Shown here piece by piece: positions 28,196 to 38,112 of a DNA stretch of 44,635 nucleotides. The notes beneath the pieces were generated by a model that did not search any database, was not told where the DNA came from, and saw only the letters and a list, made by a program, of their open reading frames with translations. Both the position numbers and the translations under genes were made by a program. Source of the stretch: Thermoanaerobaculia bacterium (GTDB lineage Bacteria; Acidobacteriota; Thermoanaerobaculia; Multivoradales; JAHEKO01); the NCBI GenBank assembly GCA_945787525.1, contig CALZJC010000018.1:1-44635 (forward strand), read 5' to 3'. Within the stretch, counting starts at the first letter, position 1, and each line of letters opens with the position of its first letter.

Positions 28196-28429
28196 ATGAA
28201 GATCAAGCTGAACTACACCGGCTACCTGAAGTTCGACGGTGCCGAGACCGGCGCCTATGTCGAGGTCGAAAAGGGCGCGACCCTCGGCGATCTGCTCGCC
28301 GGTTTCGACGTGGCTCGGGACCAGCAGCGCTTTCTCAGGCTGTTTGCCAACGAAGAGAAGGTCGATCCCTCGTATGTCCTGCGGGATGGAGACGAGTTGA
28401 CGGTGATCATGCAGATCGGCGGCGGTTAG
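28196..28429 (+). CDS. MoaD/ThiS family sulfur-carrier protein
   Basis: 77 aa; ATLGDLL, LRDGDEL and C-terminal GGG. Confidence 0.88.
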   Translation: MKIKLNYTGYLKFDGAETGAYVEVEKGATLGDLLAGFDVARDQQRFLRLFANEEKVDPSYVLRDGDELTVIMQIGGG

Positions 28430-28444
28430 CCGCGCGGAGGGAAC

Positions 28445-29290
28445 ATGAGATTTGTTGATTTCCTGATCCCGGAAACGCTGGATGAGGCCCGGGCGGCTCT
28501 CGAGGCACTCGGCGACCGGGGCTACGCCTTCGCCGGCGGCACGGCGTTCCAGTACGTTTCCGACCGGCCGGGGGCGACCGCGGTCGACATCACGCGCCTC
28601 GGCCTGCGGGGCATCGACCAGACCGACGGCGGCTTCCGCGTCGGCGCCACGACAACGCTTACCGACCTGGTTCGCTACCAAGCGGACGGCTGGGTCCTCG
28701 ACCGGGTGGCGACGCGCATCCCGACTCACCAGGTGAGAAACGTCTCGACGGTGGGCGGCAACATCTCGCGCCTGTTTCCGTGGTCGGATCTGCCCCTGGC
28801 GCTGCTGGTGCTGGAGGGCGGCGTGGTCATCAGCGACGGGGAGGAGCAGACCCACGCGGCGCTCGAGTTCTTCACCGCCCAGCCCCTCAACCGGTTCGGT
28901 CACGGCGACCTGGTGACCGCGGTGACCCTGCCGGCGGTCTCTCCGCCGCTGGGCTTCGGCTTCAAGAAGGAGAACATCACCAACGCGGCGTTCGCCCTGA
29001 TGACCGGGGCCGCCGCCATCACCCTCGACGGCGAGCGCTTGGCCAAAGTGAGGCTGGCCGCCAACGGCGCCCTGGCGGTGCCGCAGCGGCTCACGGCGGT
29101 GGAGGATGCCCTCGAAGGCCGGGCGGCCGACCCGTCGCTCTTCGCCGGCGCCGTCGAGGACGGCATCGGCGGCCTCGACTGGCGCGGCCGCGAGGGCATG
29201 TCCGACGAGTTCGCCCGGCACCTGGGCGGCGTGATCCTCTGTGACGTCCTGGAGCAGGCGCTCCAGGCGGCGAAGGGAGAGGCGGAATGA
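28445..29290 (+). CDS. Xanthine dehydrogenase family FAD-binding subunit
   Basis: PETLDEA, AGGT, VGATTTL, VRNVSTVGGNI. Confidence 0.9.
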   Translation: MRFVDFLIPETLDEARAALEALGDRGYAFAGGTAFQYVSDRPGATAVDITRLGLRGIDQTDGGFRVGATTTLTDLVRYQADGWVLDRVATRIPTHQVRNVSTVGGNISRLFPWSDLPLALLVLEGGVVISDGEEQTHAALEFFTAQPLNRFGHGDLVTAVTLPAVSPPLGFGFKKENITNAAFALMTGAAAITLDGERLAKVRLAANGALAVPQRLTAVEDALEGRAADPSLFAGAVEDGIGGLDWRGREGMSDEFARHLGGVILCDVLEQALQAAKGEAE

Positions 29291-29781
29291 GCGTCGAGAA
29301 GGCGATACGCATCCAGCTCAACGGCGAGAGCCGCGAGTTCAACGTCACCGCGGGCGAGTCGCTGCTCGCCCTGCTGCGGCGCTCGGGCCTGACCGGCACC
29401 AAGCGCGGCTGCGAGGACGGCGCCTGCGGCTCGTGCACGGTGATCATGGACGGCGCGGCGGTCAACGCCTGCATCACCTTCGCCTTCCAGGCCCACGAGC
29501 GCGAGGTCTGGACCATCGAGAGCATCGGCGAGTACGACGACCCCAGCCCGCTCCAGAAGGCGATGGTCGAGGAGGCCGGCGTCCAGTGCGGCTTCTGTAT
29601 CCCGGGCATCGTCATGTCGGTCAAGGCGCTGCTGGACGAGATCCCCAACCCGACCCACGAGCAGATCCTCGAGAACCTGGACGGCAACTACTGCCGCTGC
29701 ACCGGCTACGAGAAGATCGAGGACGCCCTGCACAGAACCATCGCCGAGACCTCGGGGGAGGAGCCGCAATGGACAAGGTGA
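29287..29781 (+). CDS. Xanthine dehydrogenase family [2Fe-2S] subunit
   Basis: GCEDGACGSCTV...NAC, QCGFCIPG, GNYCRCTGY. Confidence 0.95.
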   Translation: MSVEKAIRIQLNGESREFNVTAGESLLALLRRSGLTGTKRGCEDGACGSCTVIMDGAAVNACITFAFQAHEREVWTIESIGEYDDPSPLQKAMVEEAGVQCGFCIPGIVMSVKALLDEIPNPTHEQILENLDGNYCRCTGYEKIEDALHRTIAETSGEEPQWTR

Positions 29782-32132
29782 AGGAGTTCAAGGTGGTCAA
29801 CAAGTCGGTCGACAAGATCGACTCCATGCAGCTGGCCCTGGGCAAGCCGTCGTTCGTGGCCGATCTGGTGCCCGAGGACGCCCTGATCATCAAGATGCTC
29901 GGGAGTCCCCATTCCCACGCGCGCATCACGTCCATCGACACCAGCGCCGCCGAGGCGATGCCCGGCGTGCACTGCGTGCTGTGCCACGAGAACTCGCCGC
30001 GCCACCTGCACCTGACCGCCGGCCAGGGCTATCCGGAGCCCTCGCCGTACGACACGGCGGTGTTCGACTACAAGGTGCGCCACGTCGGCGACCGGGTCGC
30101 GGCGGTCGCCGCCGAGACCGCGGAGATCGCCGAGGCGGCGCTCGAGAAGATCGAGGTCGAGTACGAGGTGCTCGAGCCGGTGCTCTCCATCGAAGAGGCG
30201 CTGCGCGACGGCTCGCCGGTGATCCACGACGAGCCCGATGTCAGCCACCCGCTGCCGGTGCCGTTCCAGCCGGAGAAGAACATCGTCTCCGAGGTGGGCA
30301 TGAAGGAGGGCGACCTCGACCACGAGATGGAGACCGCCGACTACACCTTCGACCACTTCTACGAGACGCCGTACGCCCAGCACGTGCCCATCGAGACCCA
30401 CGTCTCGTTCGCCTACCTGGACGCCGCGGACCGGGTGGTGATCGTCACCTCGACCCAGGTGCCGTTTCACTGCCGGCGGATCGTCGCCCAGGCGCTGGGT
30501 ATGGACGTCAAGAAGTTCCGGGTGATCAAGCCGCGCATCGGCGGCGGCTTCGGCTCGAAGCAGGAGATGCTGCTCGAGGACGTCTGCGCCCTGATGGCGC
30601 TGCGCACCCGTCGATGCTGCTTCTGGCAGCTGACCCGCGAGGAGAACTTCCGCTACGGTCGCACTCGGCACCCGATCAACTTCCGGCTGCGCACGGCGAT
30701 GACCGCCGAGGGCGTGCTAACCGGGATCGGCATGGAGGCGGTCTGCAACACCGGCGCCTACGGCGGCCACGGTCTGCCGGTGGTGGGCTGCTGCGGCAGC
30801 AAGGTGCTGCCGCTGTATCGCTGGAAGCACATCGACTTCGACGCCAAGGTGGTCTACACCAACCTGCCGGTGGGTGGCGCCTATCGCGGCTTTGGTGCCA
30901 CCCAGGCCTACTTCGCCCTCGAGAGCCAGCTCGACGAGATGGGCCACGCCATCGGCATGGATCCGGTGGAGATGCGGCTCAAGAACCACATCCAGGAGGG
31001 CGAGGGCTCGCCGGTGTTCGCCGCCCTGGGCGAGGGCAAGGCCGGGGTCGAGATGACCATCGGCAGCTGTGGCCTCAGCGAGTGCATCAAGCTCGGCGCC
31101 GAGGAGATCGGCTGGGGCCGGCGCACCCTGCCCGAGGAGAAGACTGGCCGCTACCGCCGCGGCCTCGGCCTGGCCACCCTGATGCAGGGCTCGAGCATCC
31201 CCGAGATCGACATGGGTGCCGCCTCCATCAAGATGAACGAGGACGGATCGTTCAACCTGCTCTTCGGGGCCACCGATCTGGGGACGGGCGCCGACACGGT
31301 GCTGGCGCAGATCGCTGCGGAGGAGCTGGGCACCACCGTCGACATGATGCTGGTCTACGCCTGCGACACCGATCTCACCCCGTTCGACGTCGGCGCCTAC
31401 GCCTCGAGCACGACCTATCTGAGCGGCGAGGCGGTGCGCAAGGCGGCGGCCAAGGTCAAGGCGCAGATCCTCGGGGTTGCCGCCGAGATGATGAACAAGC
31501 CGATCGACGAGCTCACGGTCCGGGACGCCAACGTGGTGGCGGCGGACGGCAGCGAGGTCACCTTCTCGGCCGTCGCCGTCTACTCGCTCTACGAGCGCAA
31601 CCAGTTCCAGATCATGGACGTGGCGTCACACATCACCCACAAGTCGCCGCCGCCCTTCTCCGCCCACTACGTGGACGTGGTGGTGGACACCTTCACCGGC
31701 AAGGTGAAGGTGGAGAAGTACGTCGCCGCCATCGACTGCGGCACGGCGATCAACCCCAAGCTGGCCGAGGGCCAGACCGAAGGCGCGGTGATGAACGGCG
31801 TCAGCTATGCCATCTGCGAGGAGTACCTGTTCGACTCCAAGGGCCGCATGACCAACGCCAACATGCAGGATTACCACATCCACTCGCTCCGGGATAAGCC
31901 GAAGATCAAGACCATCCTGGTGCCGAGCTACGAGGACACCGGCCCGTTCGGGGCCAAGAGCGTCTCCGAGATCTCCATCAACGGCGCCGCGCCGGCCATC
32001 GGCAACGCCATCTTCAACGCCACCGGAGCGCGCCTGCGCCGGTTCCCGTTCACGCCGGAGCGGGTCTGGAGGGCGATCCGGGAGCAGTCGACCGTTCCCA
32101 GCCCGAGCCCGGAGGCTGTTCTGTCGATCTAA
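29769..32132 (+). CDS. Xanthine dehydrogenase family molybdopterin-binding subunit (XdhD-like)
   Basis: SPHSHARI, STQVP, IGGGFGSKQ, AYRGFG, ASSTT, GQTEG, GPFGAKSVSE. Substrate unknown. Confidence 0.93.
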   Translation: MDKVKEFKVVNKSVDKIDSMQLALGKPSFVADLVPEDALIIKMLGSPHSHARITSIDTSAAEAMPGVHCVLCHENSPRHLHLTAGQGYPEPSPYDTAVFDYKVRHVGDRVAAVAAETAEIAEAALEKIEVEYEVLEPVLSIEEALRDGSPVIHDEPDVSHPLPVPFQPEKNIVSEVGMKEGDLDHEMETADYTFDHFYETPYAQHVPIETHVSFAYLDAADRVVIVTSTQVPFHCRRIVAQALGMDVKKFRVIKPRIGGGFGSKQEMLLEDVCALMALRTRRCCFWQLTREENFRYGRTRHPINFRLRTAMTAEGVLTGIGMEAVCNTGAYGGHGLPVVGCCGSKVLPLYRWKHIDFDAKVVYTNLPVGGAYRGFGATQAYFALESQLDEMGHAIGMDPVEMRLKNHIQEGEGSPVFAALGEGKAGVEMTIGSCGLSECIKLGAEEIGWGRRTLPEEKTGRYRRGLGLATLMQGSSIPEIDMGAASIKMNEDGSFNLLFGATDLGTGADTVLAQIAAEELGTTVDMMLVYACDTDLTPFDVGAYASSTTYLSGEAVRKAAAKVKAQILGVAAEMMNKPIDELTVRDANVVAADGSEVTFSAVAVYSLYERNQFQIMDVASHITHKSPPPFSAHYVDVVVDTFTGKVKVEKYVAAIDCGTAINPKLAEGQTEGAVMNGVSYAICEEYLFDSKGRMTNANMQDYHIHSLRDKPKIKTILVPSYEDTGPFGAKSVSEISINGAAPAIGNAIFNATGARLRRFPFTPERVWRAIREQSTVPSPSPEAVLSI

Positions 32133-32249
32133 GGCGCATCCACAGATGCGGGCCACTGTTCAGAGGCCCTTGGCGGCCGCGGTTCTGCATCGACGACCGG
32201 CCGTTCCGGCGCTGCGGGTGGAGCTCAAGGAGAGGCCCGAGCAGCCGTC

Positions 32250-32642
32250 TCAGGCGATCGTTTCGACCCCCGGGTAGGCCCGCAGCGCCCGGTCCAGTGT
32301 CGCCAGGACCAGCCCATCCACCAGGGCGGTTGCGGCCAGGAATCGGTCCGCCGGGTCGCGGGAAGGGAAGTCGGCGAAGGTCTCGCTGGCGATGGCGATC
32401 GAATGGGTGAGCGGCGCCATGCGGGTGCCGGAGACCGCAAGCGCCTTCTCGACCCATGACAGCGGGTCGGGCTCGAGCTCCAGGCTACCCCGGCGTGCCA
32501 GCACCAACGTCTCCCAGACAGAGACCGGAGAGAGGTAGATGCCGGTGGGCGCTTCGCGCAGAGCCCTACGCAGCCGCTCGGAGAGCCGCTCGGGCTCGAG
32601 CAGGCTCCAGATCCAGACGTGCGTGTCCAGCAGCACCTTCAA
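32250..32642 (-). CDS. PIN-domain (VapC-like) toxin
   Basis: LLDTHVWIW, SPVSVWE, DPADRFLAATA, LATLD; TTG start overlaps the antitoxin stop. Confidence 0.9.
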   Translation of the reverse strand: MKVLLDTHVWIWSLLEPERLSERLRRALREAPTGIYLSPVSVWETLVLARRGSLELEPDPLSWVEKALAVSGTRMAPLTHSIAIASETFADFPSRDPADRFLAATALVDGLVLATLDRALRAYPGVETIA

Positions 32643-32878
32643 CGGCGTAGCGCCTCCCATTCGTCCTCGTCCGTCGCCGGCGCCACCAGATCACCGCGGA
32701 CCTTGGCTGTTCCGCGCATTGCTCCCAACCAGTCATCGTCGGGATCGGGCGCCAGCGGCGCGAGTTGGGCCACCGGCACCCCTCGCTTTGTGACCACGAT
32801 GGCCTCGCCCGTCGCGCGAACCTCTTCGAGGAGCCGCAGGCAGGTCTGCTTGAATTGGCCGGCCGGGATGGTCTTCAT
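32639..32878 (-). CDS. Phd/YefM family antitoxin
   Basis: MKTIPAGQFKQTCLRLLEEV...IVVTKRGVPVAQL. Confidence 0.92.
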   Translation of the reverse strand: MKTIPAGQFKQTCLRLLEEVRATGEAIVVTKRGVPVAQLAPLAPDPDDDWLGAMRGTAKVRGDLVAPATDEDEWEALRR

Positions 32879-32892
32879 GGGTGGAAAGATTA

Positions 32893-32913
32893 CCATGGAT
32901 ACAGTCCATGGAC
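32893..32913. promoter_or_regulatory. Putative TA autoregulatory operator (paired CCATGG palindromes)
   Basis: CCATGGA-TACAG-TCCATGG inverted repeat plus a perfect GTCCATGGAC palindrome, ~15 nt upstream of the antitoxin ATG. Confidence 0.55.
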
Positions 32914-32942
32914 AAGTTTGCCGCCGTCATAAAATCGGCAGT

Positions 32943-34283
32943 ATGGCGTCGAAGTCCCTGGGCCAGCTCTGGCACTCGGTCGCCGACCGGGGGCGCGAGA
33001 TCCTCGCCCGGCGGCGTGACGAACGGGAGGTGCGCTCGGTCGGCAACCTGTGCCGGGACCTCATGTCCGAGCGGGGCGAGGCTTCGGGGGTGGCGCTGGC
33101 GCGGGAGGTGGTCGAGCACTTCGCGGCCATGGACAAGGGGCAGAGGCTGGCCTTCTTCGAGTTCCTCCACGCCGAGTTTGCGCCCGACACCGAGGAGATC
33201 ACCCGCGCCGCCGGCGCCTATCTCGGCCGCCCTGACGCGGACACGCTGCGCGACCTCGGCCGCGCCGTCGAGCCGCCGCGGCAGGAGCTGATCCGGCGCG
33301 TCAACCTGGCGCCAAACGGCACCGCGGCGATCGTCGCCATGCGCGCCAGCCTGCTGCCCCTCCTGCGGCGCCATCCGAGGCTGGCGCAGGTCGATGCCGA
33401 TATCCGCCATGTGCTGCGCTCCTGGTTCAACCGCGGCTTTTTGGTGTTGCGGCGGATCGACTGGAACACGCCGGCGGCGCTGCTGGAGAAGCTGATCGAG
33501 CACGAGGCGGTGCACGAGATCAGCGGCTGGCCGGATATGCGGCGGCGGCTCGCCGAGGACCGCCGCTGCTTCGCTTTCTTCCACCCGGCGCTGCCCGACG
33601 AGCCGTTGATCTTTGTCGAGGTCGCCCTGCTCGACGGCCTGGCGGACTCGATCGAGTCCCTGCTGACGCTGGAGCAGGGACCGCGGGACGTCGGGCGGGC
33701 CAACACCGCCATCTTCTACTCGATCAACAACTGCCAGGATGGATTGCGGGGCATCTCGTTCGGCAGCTTCCTGATCAAGCAGGTGGTCTTCGACCTGGTG
33801 CACGAGCAGCCGCGGCTCAAGCATTTCGCGACCCTGTCGCCGATGCCGGGCCTGCGCGGCTGGCTCGAGCGAGTCGCGGCCGAGAACAGGGAGGGCCTGG
33901 AGCCGGAGGAGATGCGAGCGATCCGGGCGGTCGCCAAGCCCGGCTGGCACAAGAGACCGAAGGCGGCCGAGTCGCTCAGGGAGCCGCTGCTCCGCCTCGG
34001 GGCCCGCTATCTGTTGGAGGCGAAGGACGGGCGTGAGCCGTTCGACCGTGTGGCTCGCTTTCATCTCGGCAACGGGGCACGGGTCGAGCGGCTCAACTGG
34101 CTGGCCGATCCGTCGGAGCGGGGCCTCCGGCAGTCGGCGGGCATGATGGTGAACTACGCCTACCTACCCAACCAGATCGAGAAGAACCACGAGGCCTACG
34201 TCAAGCGCGACAAGGTAGCCGCGGCCGCCGCGGTGCGGGCGCTGGCGCGCCGGAAGCAGCGGCGGGCGCCGAAGGGCGACTGA
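32943..34283 (+). CDS. Malonyl-CoA decarboxylase
   Basis: SWFNRGFL, EAVHEI, FFHPALPDEPLIFVEVAL, FYSINNCQDGLRGISFG, TLSPMPG, VARFHLGNGA, MVNY. Confidence 0.95.
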   Translation: MASKSLGQLWHSVADRGREILARRRDEREVRSVGNLCRDLMSERGEASGVALAREVVEHFAAMDKGQRLAFFEFLHAEFAPDTEEITRAAGAYLGRPDADTLRDLGRAVEPPRQELIRRVNLAPNGTAAIVAMRASLLPLLRRHPRLAQVDADIRHVLRSWFNRGFLVLRRIDWNTPAALLEKLIEHEAVHEISGWPDMRRRLAEDRRCFAFFHPALPDEPLIFVEVALLDGLADSIESLLTLEQGPRDVGRANTAIFYSINNCQDGLRGISFGSFLIKQVVFDLVHEQPRLKHFATLSPMPGLRGWLERVAAENREGLEPEEMRAIRAVAKPGWHKRPKAAESLREPLLRLGARYLLEAKDGREPFDRVARFHLGNGARVERLNWLADPSERGLRQSAGMMVNYAYLPNQIEKNHEAYVKRDKVAAAAAVRALARRKQRRAPKGD

Positions 34284-34307
34284 CTCTGGGATACCCTCGG
34301 ATTGCCG

Positions 34308-35795
34308 ATGTCCGGACCCTCCTCGGGTTGGCGGTCGCTCGCCGTTATCCTCACCTGCCAGCTGTGCCTGGCGTGCCCAGCTGACGACCGGCGGGCCTTC
34401 TCGCCCCTGCCCTATCTGGCCGACCTCGCCCAACTCGAGTCGTTCACCGCCGGCACCTACGCCAACTTCGAGTGGGCGCTGAGCGAGGGCGGGCTGGATC
34501 CGGTGGCGGTGCACGGTGAGGCGCGCCGGGCGATCCTCGCGGCGACAAGGGATGAAGAGGCCGCCAGGGCCCTGCACGGGTTTGTCGACGCATTCGGGGA
34601 TGGACACTTCCTCCTGCGGCCCGAAGGAGTCGGCCAGGGAGGGCCCGACGGCGGCGGGCCGGCGGGACCCGGCCCCGAGACCCCGGCGGCCGAAGCCTGC
34701 TCCCGGCTCGGCTACGAAGAGCACGACCACTCCTTCCGGCTGGACTTCGGCGACGGCCTTCGACCCGTCACCCCGTCCGAGGACCCGGTCCCTGCCGGCT
34801 GGCTCGGGACCGGCGGTGCGAGGGTCGGTATCATCCGGATCGACGAGTTCGGCGCCAACCGGTTCGGCGAGTACTGCCCGCAGACCTGGGAGGCCTATAG
34901 GCGGCAGCTGGACGGGGCTTGTGACGACTGGCCGTGCGAGTACGGCTTCCGGCTCGCGATCGTCGACCGCCTGCTCGACGAGATCGCCGGCAGGATCACC
35001 GCCCTCGAGGAGCATGGGATCACTGCCCTGGTGGTCGACATCACCGGCAACGGTGGCGGCTCCGACTGGATCCACCCGACCGCCGGCATGCTCACCGAGA
35101 CGCCGCTGGCGGGCAACGGCCGCTCCGTGGTGCGTCATCCCCACTGGCGTGGGATCTTCGGCGAGATGGCCGCCGACGTCGATCGGGATCTGGCGCGCAA
35201 CGATCTCTCCCTCGAGCAGCGGCGTTTGCTCGAGGAGGTGCGAGCACGGCTCGAGGCAGGCATGGTCGAGGCTGCCGAGGCGTGCGATCTCTCGTCGGTG
35301 TGGGAGGAGGGGCCCGGCGAGCTGCCCTGCACCCTCCTGGTTCGGGACAAACTGTTCACGACGGGTCTGCTGGCCGCCCCACCGCCGATCGATACCGAGG
35401 GCCTGAGCGCGCGTTCGAGCCTCTACAAGGCGCTGGACTACGGTCAGCGAGCCATCGCCTGGCGCGGCCCTCTGGCGGTGCTGACGGATCATGACACCGC
35501 CTCCGCCTCGGAGTTGTTCGCCGCCCTGCTGCGCGACAACGACGCCGCGACGTTGATCGGCGAACGCACCCACGGCACCGGCTGTGGCTACAGCAACGGC
35601 GGCATCCAGACCGTGCTCGAGCATTCACGGCTCGAGGTCTGGCTGCCCGACTGCGTACGCCACCGGCGGGGCGGCGGAAGCGAGCGGGCCGGGATCACGG
35701 CGGACCTGCCGATTGAGTGGATACGCGGCCAGACCGCACGAGAGAAGGGCGCCCGCTTTCTGGCGCAGATCGAGCGCTGGGTCGGGGCGCTCTAG
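34308..35795 (+). CDS. S41 family peptidase, exported
   Basis: FGDGH, VDITGNGGG, TASASELFAA, IGERTHG. Confidence 0.85.
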   Translation: MSGPSSGWRSLAVILTCQLCLACPADDRRAFSPLPYLADLAQLESFTAGTYANFEWALSEGGLDPVAVHGEARRAILAATRDEEAARALHGFVDAFGDGHFLLRPEGVGQGGPDGGGPAGPGPETPAAEACSRLGYEEHDHSFRLDFGDGLRPVTPSEDPVPAGWLGTGGARVGIIRIDEFGANRFGEYCPQTWEAYRRQLDGACDDWPCEYGFRLAIVDRLLDEIAGRITALEEHGITALVVDITGNGGGSDWIHPTAGMLTETPLAGNGRSVVRHPHWRGIFGEMAADVDRDLARNDLSLEQRRLLEEVRARLEAGMVEAAEACDLSSVWEEGPGELPCTLLVRDKLFTTGLLAAPPPIDTEGLSARSSLYKALDYGQRAIAWRGPLAVLTDHDTASASELFAALLRDNDAATLIGERTHGTGCGYSNGGIQTVLEHSRLEVWLPDCVRHRRGGGSERAGITADLPIEWIRGQTAREKGARFLAQIERWVGAL

Positions 35796-35978
35796 CCCGC
35801 CCTTCTCACCGATCCTCTACTGCAATGCCGAATCTGCCCGCATCTGCCGCGTTCTGCTCGGTCGGCCATCCTCTCGGCGAACTTACGAGTAACGCCTGCG
35901 GTGACCTCGGTCGCAAGCCCTGCATCTGCAGACAGCGACGGAATCTCGCTAAGAGGCCGGTGAGAAAGGCGGGCTAGG

Positions 35979-37307
35979 ATGCGTATCGATCGCATCGATC
36001 TCTGGCATGTGGCGGTACCTCTGCCGGCGCCGTTTCATCCGGCCTGGATCCCGGGCTTCACCCAGTCGGACAACCGGTTCGATCTCATCCGGCTGACGAC
36101 GCGGTCGGGTCTCGAGGGCTGGTCGGCCGCGCCGCGCATGGGACGCGAACGAGCCGGGCTCGGGGCGCTGCTCGGCCCCTACTTCCTGGGCGAGCGGGCC
36201 GACGACATCGCCAACGTGCGCCAGCGGATTCGCGAGATGGGCTATCTCGGCTGGCGCTGCGGCTGGATCGAGGCCGCCTGCTGGGACCTGGTGGGCAAGG
36301 CCCGCGGCAAGCCGGTCTACGAGCTGCTGGGCGGCAGCGGCGGCCGGGTGGAGACCTACGCGTCGAGCGGCGAGGTCCGGTCGGGCGTCGGCCGGGCGGC
36401 GGAGATCGAGGCGCGTTTGGCGGAGGGTTTCAAGGCGGTCAAGCTGCGGGTCCACGATGACACCCTGGCCGAGGACTGCGCCCAGGTCCGAGAGGCTCGC
36501 GCCGCCGTGGGTGACGCGCCCGTCCTGGGGGTCGACGCCAATCAAGGCTGGCGCGTCGCCGCCATTGCGGATGCCCCTACCTGGGACTACGAGCGCGCGC
36601 TGGCCTTCTGCCGTGAGGCCGAAGAGCGGGGCTTCACCTGGGTGGAGGAGCCCCTGCCGATGGACGACTACGCCGGGCTGGCGAGGTTGCGGGCGGCCAC
36701 CCAAGTGGCCGTCGCGGGCGGCGAGCTCAACAGCCAAGGGCTACCGGAGTTCCGGACGATGCTGGAGCGAGGATGTCTCGACTGGTATCAACCCGATGCG
36801 GTTTTCGCCGGCGGTATCGCCGAGAGCTGGGCAATCGCCCGACATGTCGCCGCCGCCGGCGCGGTCTACTCTCCCCACACCTGGACCAACGGCATCGGCT
36901 TCGCCATCAACCTGCAGCTGTTCGCCGCCTCGCCGGGCCGCGGCACCTCACGGCTCGAGTACCCTTACGATCCGCCCGGTTGGGTGCCGGAGGGCCGCGA
37001 CGGCCTGCTCGTCGAGCCCTGGCTGCATCGCGACGGCGAGATCATCCTGCCGGAGCGCCCGGGGCTCGGCTTCGAGATCGACCGCCGGGCCCTGCGTCGG
37101 CAAGGCAAGCGGTTCTACACCGCCACCGGGCGGCGGGTGGCCGTCGGTGCCGTGCTGGACCGTGGGCTGTCGGAGGCCAGACGGTTGGGCCGGGTGCGCG
37201 GGCAGCGACTGGCCTCGCGGGACCGCTGGCTGGACGAGATTGGGGGCGATCCGGCCGTGGACCCTCTTCGTGCCCTCGGCCCTCCTTCGCCCCGGGAACC
37301 CACCTGA
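35979..37307 (+). CDS. Mandelate racemase / muconate lactonizing enzyme family protein
   Basis: ACWDLVGKARGKPVYELLGG, KAVKLR, VDANQG, WVEEP, GGE, QPD, PGLG. Confidence 0.92.
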   Translation: MRIDRIDLWHVAVPLPAPFHPAWIPGFTQSDNRFDLIRLTTRSGLEGWSAAPRMGRERAGLGALLGPYFLGERADDIANVRQRIREMGYLGWRCGWIEAACWDLVGKARGKPVYELLGGSGGRVETYASSGEVRSGVGRAAEIEARLAEGFKAVKLRVHDDTLAEDCAQVREARAAVGDAPVLGVDANQGWRVAAIADAPTWDYERALAFCREAEERGFTWVEEPLPMDDYAGLARLRAATQVAVAGGELNSQGLPEFRTMLERGCLDWYQPDAVFAGGIAESWAIARHVAAAGAVYSPHTWTNGIGFAINLQLFAASPGRGTSRLEYPYDPPGWVPEGRDGLLVEPWLHRDGEIILPERPGLGFEIDRRALRRQGKRFYTATGRRVAVGAVLDRGLSEARRLGRVRGQRLASRDRWLDEIGGDPAVDPLRALGPPSPREPT

Positions 37308-37338
37308 GGCGATCGGATCGGCCGCGGATCGCCGGATG

Positions 37339-37520
37339 CTAGTGTTGTGTCTCCGACTTGGCTTGCCGTATGGGCGAGCCATCGGCGTTGCTGGCAAGGC
37401 GCGCCGACGCAGGCATAGCCGAGCCTATGTCGAGGAAGCGCAACGTAGCCAGCGACGTACGTAGCCAGCGACGTCGAGGGTCGTCCAGACGGTAAGGCGA
37501 AGTTGGAGACACAACACTAG
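37339..37520. mobile_element. 182-bp palindromic MITE-like element with CTAG ends
   Basis: CTAGTGTTGTGTCTCCGACT vs AGTTGGAGACACAACACTAG (19/20 inverted match); imperfect complementarity extends ~55 bp inward; intergenic. Confidence 0.8.
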
Positions 37521-37551
37521 AGTCCAGAAAGCGTCGGAGGCGAGCGCAGCG

Positions 37552-38112
37552 ATGGGCGGCGAGAAGCTGTCAGACCAGGAGATCCTCGGGCTCGAGAGGC
37601 CCGAGAGCGGTCTCATGACCTACTACGTGATGCTGGCGTTCATCGCCGGGCCGTTCTTCTTCATTCCGCTGATCCCGCTCTACTTCCGCTATCACACGCT
37701 GCGCTACCGCTTCGACGAAGAGGGCATCTCGATGCGCTGGGGGGTTCTTTTCCGGCGCGAGATCCACCTGACCTACTCGCGTATCCAGGACATCCACCTG
37801 GTCTCCAACGCCGTCGAGCGCTGGCTGGGCCTGGCGCGGATCAAGATCCAGACCGCCAGCGGCAGCGCCAAGGCGGAGATGACCATCGAAGGCATCGGCG
37901 CGTATGCCCAGCTGCGCGACTTCCTCTACACCCGGATGCGGGGCGCGCGTGGTGAAGGTGGCGCCGCGGCGGTTCGGGAGGAGGCAGGAGCGACCGGCGA
38001 TGACACGGCGGCGGAACTGGCCGCGACCTTGCGCACGGTGGCCGAGGAGCTCAGAGGATTGCGCCGCGATCTGGCTGGACGACCGACCTCGCAGAAGGGG
38101 CCCGATGCTTGA
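37552..38112 (+). CDS. bPH_2 (bacterial PH) domain membrane protein
   Basis: TM segment, then RYRFDEEGISMRWGVLFRRE...YSRIQDI...ERWLGLARIKIQTASG. Confidence 0.88.
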   Translation: MGGEKLSDQEILGLERPESGLMTYYVMLAFIAGPFFFIPLIPLYFRYHTLRYRFDEEGISMRWGVLFRREIHLTYSRIQDIHLVSNAVERWLGLARIKIQTASGSAKAEMTIEGIGAYAQLRDFLYTRMRGARGEGGAAAVREEAGATGDDTAAELAATLRTVAEELRGLRRDLAGRPTSQKGPDA

